Assembly (NCBI GenBank): GCA_028697455.1
Contig: JAQVEZ010000002.1
Location: 89,921-153,920, forward strand
Direction: 5' to 3'
Length of the DNA stretch: 64,000 nucleotides
From: Minisyncoccota bacterium
GTDB lineage: Bacteria > Patescibacteriota > Minisyncoccia > Phycocordibacterales > UBA1006
This document shows, one piece after another, positions 57,779 through 64,000 of this stretch (position 1 is the stretch's first letter; each line of letters begins with the position of its first letter). The notes under the pieces were generated by a model. That model worked only from the letters and a program-made list of their open reading frames with translations. It did not search any database and was not told where the DNA came from. A program made the translations under genes and the position numbers.

Positions 57779-58252
57779 ATGCGAAGACCAGTAAAAAACA
57801 GAAGAAAACCAGGTCCTGATTCAGTATACGATTCAGTTGCCGTTTCTCGATTCATCAACTACGTAATGCTTGATGGAAAAAAAGAAACCGCACGAAAAAT
57901 CGTCTACGGAGCACTTAAGCTTGCCGAAGAAAAAAATGCTGAAAAGAAAGGAGCTCTTGAGATTTTTGAAGCAGCGTTGAAAAACGCAGGTCCTTCTACC
58001 GAAGTTCGTTCACGACGTGTCGGAGGAGCAAACTATCAAGTTCCAATGCCTGTTCGTCCAGAACGACAACAAGCACTTGCGATGCGATGGATTATCGAAA
58101 GTGCCCGAAGCAAAAAAGGAGGAGAGATGTTTACCTTTCTTTCTGAAGAACTTCTTGCTGCAGCTGCAGGAGAAGGGGACGCAGTAAAGAAAAAAGAAAA
58201 CGTTCACAAAATGGCCGAAGCCAACAAGGCTTTTGCTCATCTCTCTTGGTAA
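57779..58252 (+). CDS. rpsG: 30S ribosomal protein S7
   Basis: DGKK..A, RRVGGANYQVP, HKMAEANKAFAH. Confidence 0.98.
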   Translation: MRRPVKNRRKPGPDSVYDSVAVSRFINYVMLDGKKETARKIVYGALKLAEEKNAEKKGALEIFEAALKNAGPSTEVRSRRVGGANYQVPMPVRPERQQALAMRWIIESARSKKGGEMFTFLSEELLAAAAGEGDAVKKKENVHKMAEANKAFAHLSW

Positions 58253-58391
58253 TATTCACGAAAAAGAAAACAAGATACATTTCTTGTTTTCTTTTTTTTC
58301 TTTTTCACGCTATACTATCAATAACAGTGATGCGGATAATATTCACAGGCTGTTGTTAATATATTAATTCAGAATAATCGATAGATACACT

Positions 58392-58658
58392 ATGACAGAA
58401 CCACAAGATTTCCTTGCCTATATTGTAAAAGGACTCGTAAGTAATCCTGATGATGTAAAGGTAGAAAAAACCGTTGATGATATGGGAGTACTGCTTACCC
58501 TCTCACTTAACCCAGCTGATATGGGACAAGTAATCGGACGACAAGGAGCTACGGCAAAAGCTATTCGAACCCTCGTTCGTGTAGCAGGGATGAAATCCAA
58601 CGCCCGCGTGAATGTTCGTATTAACGAACCACAAAGAGAATCTTCTGCAACAGAATAA
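58392..58658 (+). CDS. khpA: KhpA KH-domain RNA-binding protein
   Basis: LV.NPDDV.V, DMGQVIGRQG.TAKAIRTL. Confidence 0.9.
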   Translation: MTEPQDFLAYIVKGLVSNPDDVKVEKTVDDMGVLLTLSLNPADMGQVIGRQGATAKAIRTLVRVAGMKSNARVNVRINEPQRESSATE

Positions 58659-58706
58659 AGAAAACGCCGAGAGCGTTTTTTTTATTTATGCTATACTCAA
58701 TACTCT

Positions 58707-59324
58707 ATGAAATTGAACGAAACATTTATTGTTATTGGCCCTTCAGGGTCAGGAAAAGGAACTCAAATCAAACTCCTCAAAGAGTACATCGCGACTCATT
58801 ACCCAGAAACAGACCTTTACTATTTCGAAGCAGGTTCTCATTTTAGGGATTTTACAGAACAAAAAAACAACTACACCAGTAAGATTATGAAATCAATTCT
58901 TGATCGAGGAATGCTTGCGCCAGATTTTGTAACCGAGTGGTTTATCACCGATGCGCTGGTTCACCATATGACAGGAGAAGCCCAAACATTGATTTTTGAT
59001 GGAACACCACGAACCGAAGGACAGGCAAAAACCATCAACGCTATTATGGAATACTATGGGCGAAGGAACATGAAAGTTCTTAACTTTACCGTTCCCGAAG
59101 ACGTTGTTCGCGAACGAATGACCTCACGTGGTCGAGCTGATGATATTGATCCAGAAGCCATCGAAAACAGAATTACATGGTATCGAGAGAAGGTTACCAA
59201 AGCCATCGAATATTTTAGAAACCACGCTGACTATGAAGTCATCGATATTAATGGAGTTGGAGATATTACTGAAATTCACCACAATATTATCGCAAGACTC
59301 CAGCTCGACAAATCAAACGCATAA
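58707..59324 (+). CDS. Adenylate kinase-family nucleoside monophosphate kinase
   Basis: GPSGSGKGTQ, G.L.PD, FDGTPRT..QA, RGRADD. Confidence 0.88.
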   Translation: MKLNETFIVIGPSGSGKGTQIKLLKEYIATHYPETDLYYFEAGSHFRDFTEQKNNYTSKIMKSILDRGMLAPDFVTEWFITDALVHHMTGEAQTLIFDGTPRTEGQAKTINAIMEYYGRRNMKVLNFTVPEDVVRERMTSRGRADDIDPEAIENRITWYREKVTKAIEYFRNHADYEVIDINGVGDITEIHHNIIARLQLDKSNA

Positions 59325-59355
59325 GGCTTCGATTTTTCTTTGATATACTAGAGCT

Positions 59356-60501
59356 ATGAATAATTTTTTTGAAAAATTTTCTCTCATCCATATTCCTGAT
59401 ACCGAGATTCAAGGGCGTGCAGTTCTCATTCGTGTTGACTTTAATGTTCCAATTACCGAAGGGCATGTTGATGACACAGGAGACGGAAGAATCCAATCAA
59501 GCCTCAAAACCATTCGTTATGTTATGGAAAGGGGAGGAACACCGATCCTTATCAGCCACCACGGCAAAAAAGAAGACTCCCTCCTTCCGATTGCAGAATA
59601 TCTCAAAAAATTCTTTGATGTTGTTTTCTTAAAAAATTTCGAAGATTTTAGCCAAGAAAAAAACAACAAAAACTTCCACGGAAAAGTCATTCTCTTTGAG
59701 AACCTCAGACAGTTTGATGGAGAACTCGAAAATGATAGCTCCTATCTCAACCCGTTAATCTCAGAATCTTCATGTTATATCAACGAAGCTTTCCCTGCGT
59801 CTCACCGCGCTCACGGGAGTCTTGATGATATTGTAGGACGATTACCGTCCTATCTTGGCTTCCAATTTCTCGCGGAGCTCGAGGGGCTTGCACTCTTTAA
59901 CAAAGATCACCTTCCACAGAACACAACCCTTGTTCTCGGAGGAGCAAAATTTGGAACCAAACTCAATTTACTCAAAAGTTTTCTCCCGCACCTCGAATAC
60001 GTCCTTATGGGAGGAGCTCTCGCAAACCTTTTCTTGAGAGAACGAGGTTTTGAAGTGGGAAAATCTTTTATTGATGAAGTTGATATTAGCGATATCAAAG
60101 ACAGTGAGAAAATCATTCTCCCAATAGATATCGTTGACCAAGAGGGCGACATTCTCCGCATCGATCGTGTTGGAAGAAATGACAGCATTCTCGATATCGG
60201 CCCAGAAACAGGAGCACTGTTTGAAACCATTATCAAAAAGAGCGCCCTCGTTCTCTGGAATGGCCCTATGGGAAAATACGAAGACAATTATTACGAAGGA
60301 TCACATGCCGTCGTCAAGGCAATGGCAGAAACAACAGCGCGAACACTTATCGGAGGAGGGGATTCTCTTGCGATTATCAAAAAAGAAGGATTCTCCGAAG
60401 AGCAGTTTGATGTTATTTCTATGGGAGGAGGGGCTATGTTGGAATACCTTATTTCAGGAACACTTCCTGTTCTCGAAGCCTACAAAAAACTCACCCAATA
60501 A
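59356..60501 (+). CDS. pgk: Phosphoglycerate kinase
   Basis: RVDFNVP, ENLR, SHRAH.S, GGAK..TK, DIGP, WNGPMG, GGGDS, SMGGGAMLE. Confidence 0.95.
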   Translation: MNNFFEKFSLIHIPDTEIQGRAVLIRVDFNVPITEGHVDDTGDGRIQSSLKTIRYVMERGGTPILISHHGKKEDSLLPIAEYLKKFFDVVFLKNFEDFSQEKNNKNFHGKVILFENLRQFDGELENDSSYLNPLISESSCYINEAFPASHRAHGSLDDIVGRLPSYLGFQFLAELEGLALFNKDHLPQNTTLVLGGAKFGTKLNLLKSFLPHLEYVLMGGALANLFLRERGFEVGKSFIDEVDISDIKDSEKIILPIDIVDQEGDILRIDRVGRNDSILDIGPETGALFETIIKKSALVLWNGPMGKYEDNYYEGSHAVVKAMAETTARTLIGGGDSLAIIKKEGFSEEQFDVISMGGGAMLEYLISGTLPVLEAYKKLTQ

Positions 60502-60525
60502 TAAAAAGCTCATCCGAGCTTTTTA

Positions 60526-61254
60526 TTATTCCGTAACACCCCAGTCTTTGATAATTTCTTTTTCGTGTTCGAGAGAGAGAGCCTTTCTAAATTTTGCTGA
60601 TCGTCCTGTTACGCGCGCTTCACAGTCAGCCCAATTACTAAAGCGTTCAACCTTACCATCAATCAATGCAATATATGAATATGCTGTTCCCGCTTTTCTT
60701 CCTTTGTAGAGTTCTTTTTGCTCTGCATCTTTTGGAATCGTGAGAATATCGTGAATGCCGTATTGAGAGAGTTTCCCTCGATAAAGATTTACCTTGCTTC
60801 CTTCAGCAAGTCCTCGCGCGATATCATCGACACGCTCATTTCCAGGAACGCCAACATGCCCATGAACATGGTGGAAATGAATCGTATTTTTCCCGCGCGT
60901 CTCAATGAGCTCAAGAAGACTCTGCCACAAAGCTTTGTTTTTTACATCTTCCTTCTCACTTGTTTTCCAGCCGTTGCGAGACCAGCGATAGATCCATTCA
61001 GTTGCTCCCTGAATCGTATAACGAGAATCAGTATAAATATGGAGCGGGGCATTACTGTTCAGAGCGTAACCTAGGGCAGAAACAACCGCTGTGAGTTCCA
61101 TTTCATTATTGGTAGTGTGGGCCTTGTTTCCACCAAGTTCAATCACCTCATCAAGTTTCTGATAAATAAGAATCGCTCCCCAGCCTCCAACTCCAGGATT
61201 TCCAAGGGATGATCCATCAGCAAATACAACTAAATCATTTTCGTGCTTTTTCAT
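60526..61254 (-). CDS. rnhA: Ribonuclease HI with C-terminal hybrid-binding-like domain
   Basis: DGSSLGNPG.GGWG, TTNNEMEL, TDS.Y, GH.G..GNE.VD; tail W.DCEARV.G. Confidence 0.9.
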   Translation of the reverse strand: MKKHENDLVVFADGSSLGNPGVGGWGAILIYQKLDEVIELGGNKAHTTNNEMELTAVVSALGYALNSNAPLHIYTDSRYTIQGATEWIYRWSRNGWKTSEKEDVKNKALWQSLLELIETRGKNTIHFHHVHGHVGVPGNERVDDIARGLAEGSKVNLYRGKLSQYGIHDILTIPKDAEQKELYKGRKAGTAYSYIALIDGKVERFSNWADCEARVTGRSAKFRKALSLEHEKEIIKDWGVTE

Positions 61255-61305
61255 ATTGTTATCCTAACACATTCAAACAAAAAAACAGAGATTGCTCTCT
61301 ATTTT

Positions 61306-62427
61306 TTATTTAAGGGTCATTTCCTTTCGCATACTTGCTCGGATTTCTTTTTCAAGTTGATTCATAATCTTCTTGTCTTCTTCAAGTTTCTTTCGAGCAG
61401 CATCGTATCCACGACCAAGTTTTAACTCATCAGGATACTTTGCATCGGGGGCAGGGGTATAGGTATACGAAGCACCAGCCTTTTTGATAAATCCATATTT
61501 TTCTCCAAGAGCAAGCAACTCTCCATTACGAGCAATTCCTTCTCCATAAATGATATCAAACTCAGTTTGCCGAAACGGTGCAGAGACTTTGTTCTTGGCT
61601 ACCTTTACGCGTGTTCGTGAGCCAACAACTTCTTCTCCTTTTTTAATAGAAGCAATACGTCTAATATCAATACGAACAGAAGAATAGAACTTGAGCGCTT
61701 TTCCTCCCGTAGTTGTTTCAGGTGATCCAAACATCACACCAATCTTCATACGAATTTGGTTGATAAAGATAACCGTTGTTTTTGATTTCGCAACGAGCCC
61801 AGTAAGCTTTCGCAATGCTTGTGACATAAGTCGCGCTTGTTTCCCAACATGGTGAGCTCCCATATCTCCCTCAATCTCATCTTTTGGAGTAAGCGCTGCC
61901 ACCGAGTCAACGACCACAACGCTAATATTTCCAGAACGAACGAGACTATCAACAATCTCCAAAGCCTGCTCTCCGGTATCTGGTTGCGAGATGAGGAGGC
62001 TATCAGTCTTGACCCCAATGTTCTTTGCATAAATAGGATCGAGCGCATGCTCCGCATCAATAAAGGCACACACGCCACCAGCTTTTTGGGCTTCGGCAAT
62101 AATGTGGAGTGTCAGGGTTGTCTTTCCAGATGATTCAGGTCCGTAAATTTCAATAATTCTTCCACGAGGAATTCCTCCGACTCCCAAGGCTTCATCAAGC
62201 CCAATAGATCCTGTTGGAATAGTATCAATATCCACCTTTGGAGCATCTCCCAATTTGATAATAGATCCTTCTCCAAATTTTGTTTGAATAAGATCAATCG
62301 TTTCCTTGATATGTTCGTCGCGGATATCTTTTTCGGTCATTTTTTCTTTTACTTCTTTTGTTTCCTTTTCTGCTTTTGGAGCGGTCTCTTTAGCAGTTTT
62401 TTTTGTCGTTGTTTTTTTTGTTGCCAT
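61306..62427 (-). CDS. recA: Recombinase RecA
   Basis: [43 protein letters not shown]. Confidence 0.98.
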   Translation of the reverse strand: MATKKTTTKKTAKETAPKAEKETKEVKEKMTEKDIRDEHIKETIDLIQTKFGEGSIIKLGDAPKVDIDTIPTGSIGLDEALGVGGIPRGRIIEIYGPESSGKTTLTLHIIAEAQKAGGVCAFIDAEHALDPIYAKNIGVKTDSLLISQPDTGEQALEIVDSLVRSGNISVVVVDSVAALTPKDEIEGDMGAHHVGKQARLMSQALRKLTGLVAKSKTTVIFINQIRMKIGVMFGSPETTTGGKALKFYSSVRIDIRRIASIKKGEEVVGSRTRVKVAKNKVSAPFRQTEFDIIYGEGIARNGELLALGEKYGFIKKAGASYTYTPAPDAKYPDELKLGRGYDAARKKLEEDKKIMNQLEKEIRASMRKEMTLK

Positions 62428-62442
62428 AATGCTTAGGTATAA

Positions 62443-62913
62443 TTATTCATTCGTAATAACAAGGCTCTCGTCCAAAGAAGATTCGTCGTGTTCAATCAGG
62501 TCTTCTTCGGGATTGATTTCATTTCCTTGCTGAGAAGCTTTTGCTTCACTGAGCGTTTTCGAGAACGGCTCGGGTTTTTGGGTACTTATAATCGTATAGT
62601 GATAGATACGGTGATGCTTAAAGATATCAGATACATCTACCTCAAGTATAGTCTCTCCTGGAGGAACAACAATAGTTTCCTCAAAGCTGTCTTCTTCTCG
62701 CAAGGTAATGCTTCTTCCGTTAATGAGCATCTCATTTACGTTTTTGATTTTGCCACGAAAGACCAAATGCGCACCGCTAATTTCCGAAATAGGGGAGAGA
62801 GAACTCTCAACAATCAGGGGGCCACGAAACACACGTTCAAACCTTCCAAGGGCAAACAAGAGAACAAAGGCAAAGAACGCAATACCAATACCACTGAGGA
62901 TAACTTTCTTCAT
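62443..62913 (-). CDS. Membrane-anchored Ig-like hypothetical protein
   Basis: N-terminal TM, GP.I, G...N....INGR.I, F.E......G.....V..D. Confidence 0.6.
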   Translation of the reverse strand: MKKVILSGIGIAFFAFVLLFALGRFERVFRGPLIVESSLSPISEISGAHLVFRGKIKNVNEMLINGRSITLREEDSFEETIVVPPGETILEVDVSDIFKHHRIYHYTIISTQKPEPFSKTLSEAKASQQGNEINPEEDLIEHDESSLDESLVITNE

Positions 62914-62918
62914 ATCAT

Positions 62919-64000
62919 TTATGAGCTCAGAATATCGTTGCCATATTCTTCGTTGCGGTTCTTTGTTTCTTCTTCGCTATACACCTCACGAGCTTTCGAG
63001 CCATCAGCGGGACTAATAATTCTCCGTTCCTCAAGGATATCCATGATACGAGCTGCGCGACTATATCCAATGGCAAGCTTCCTTTGAAGATATGAAGTCG
63101 AAGCCTTGTCGGCTTCTCGTACCGCTGCGATAGCGTCTTCGAGGAGAGGATCTTCTGATTCATCATCAGAGAGAAGAATACCTCCCGTTCCATCGTTTAT
63201 TTGTTCATCAGGAAGGCTAATCGTATCGTCAAGATCATAACGGTGATTTTTTTGGAGATACGCGACGACTTTCTTGACCTCTTCTTCTGATACGAAAGGA
63301 CACTGAATTCGAATGGGTTCATTCGCACCCTCTCCTTTATAAAGCATATCTCCATAACCAAGGAGCTTCTCCGCTCCTGCAGAATCCAAAATCGTTCGTG
63401 AGTCTATTTGTGACGTTACCTTCATGGCAAGTCGTGTTGGAACGTTTGCCTTGATAATTCCAGTAATAACGTTGACCGATGGACGCTGCGTTGCAAGGAG
63501 AAGGTGAATTCCCACCGCTCGTGACATCTGTGCCAATCGTACGATTGAGGCTTCAAGTTCTCGTGGATAGCTACTCATAATATCCGAGAGCTCATCAATA
63601 ATCACCACAATAAACGGCATTTTCTCTGGAAGCTCTTCTTGCATACTTTCGATTTCTTCTTCATCGAGATCTTTATACGCAGGTTGCACAATTGATTTGT
63701 GATAGGACTGGATATCTCGTACCGAATATTGTTGAAGCATTTCCAGTCGCCGCTCCATTTCTCGTACTGCCCATTTGAGCGCCAGCACGGCTTTCTTGGG
63801 GTCGGTAATCACAGGGGTCAAGAGATGCGGAATCTTTTTATAGAGTGTCATCTCAACACGTTTCGGATCCACCATAATGAATCTGAGCATATCAGGCCCA
63901 TTACGATAAAGAAGAGAAAGGATAATGTTGTGAATCGTTACCGATTTTCCTGCCCCGGTTGCTCCCGCAATCAAGGCGTGAGGCATCTTGGAAATGTTCA
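62919..64000 (-). CDS. ftsK: DNA translocase FtsK/SpoIIIE (C-terminal part; 5' end outside the window)
   Basis: PH.LIAGATGAGKS, DPKRVE, IDEL.D, ATQRPS, GAEKLLG.GDML, gamma domain LQRKL.IGYSRAARIMD. Confidence 0.95.
   Translation of the reverse strand, partial: NISKMPHALIAGATGAGKSVTIHNIILSLLYRNGPDMLRFIMVDPKRVEMTLYKKIPHLLTPVITDPKKAVLALKWAVREMERRLEMLQQYSVRDIQSYHKSIVQPAYKDLDEEEIESMQEELPEKMPFIVVIIDELSDIMSSYPRELEASIVRLAQMSRAVGIHLLLATQRPSVNVITGIIKANVPTRLAMKVTSQIDSRTILDSAGAEKLLGYGDMLYKGEGANEPIRIQCPFVSEEEVKKVVAYLQKNHRYDLDDTISLPDEQINDGTGGILLSDDESEDPLLEDAIAAVREADKASTSYLQRKLAIGYSRAARIMDILEERRIISPADGSKAREVYSEEETKNRNEEYGNDILSS

Noticed and set aside
1-64000. Alternative genetic code (TGA=Gly as in Gracilibacteria/Absconditabacteria)
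   Set aside because: Conserved genes are full length under code 11, and TGA ends genes at 52804 and 54835

Overview
AT-rich bacterial chromosome segment spanning the replication origin (jag-yidC-rnpA-rpmH | dnaA-dnaN). The gene content points to Patescibacteria/CPR, most likely a Parcubacteria-type lineage (inference). Supporting signs are a VirB4-like ATPase near oriC, short YebC, PolA without a full proofreading domain, split ComEC, scattered r-protein genes and few metabolic genes. TGA acts as a stop codon (code 11). Most of the window is housekeeping (replication, repair, translation, envelope), with two tRNAs (Lys-TTT, His-GTG). An accessory zone at about 10.5-24.2 kb encodes secreted/surface proteins. 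Main observations: (1) three otherwise different secreted proteins end in the same ~51-aa Cys-pair plus amphipathic-helix tail, with a terminator built into the last codons. They share promoters, signal peptides and passenger domains in mosaic fashion, and one has a G11 tract in its promoter spacer; this is a candidate modular surface-display/sorting system. (2) A 123-nt-period array of tRNA-Lys-derived, refolded repeats appears co-transcribed ahead of the real tRNA-Lys and carries a segment antisense to its anticodon arm. (3) An unannotated ~170-nt rod-shaped ncRNA has 6S-like architecture. (4) Leaderless-type promoters are pervasive. No integrase, transposase, cas gene or reverse transcriptase was seen. 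All family calls come from motif recognition by eye, not database searches.
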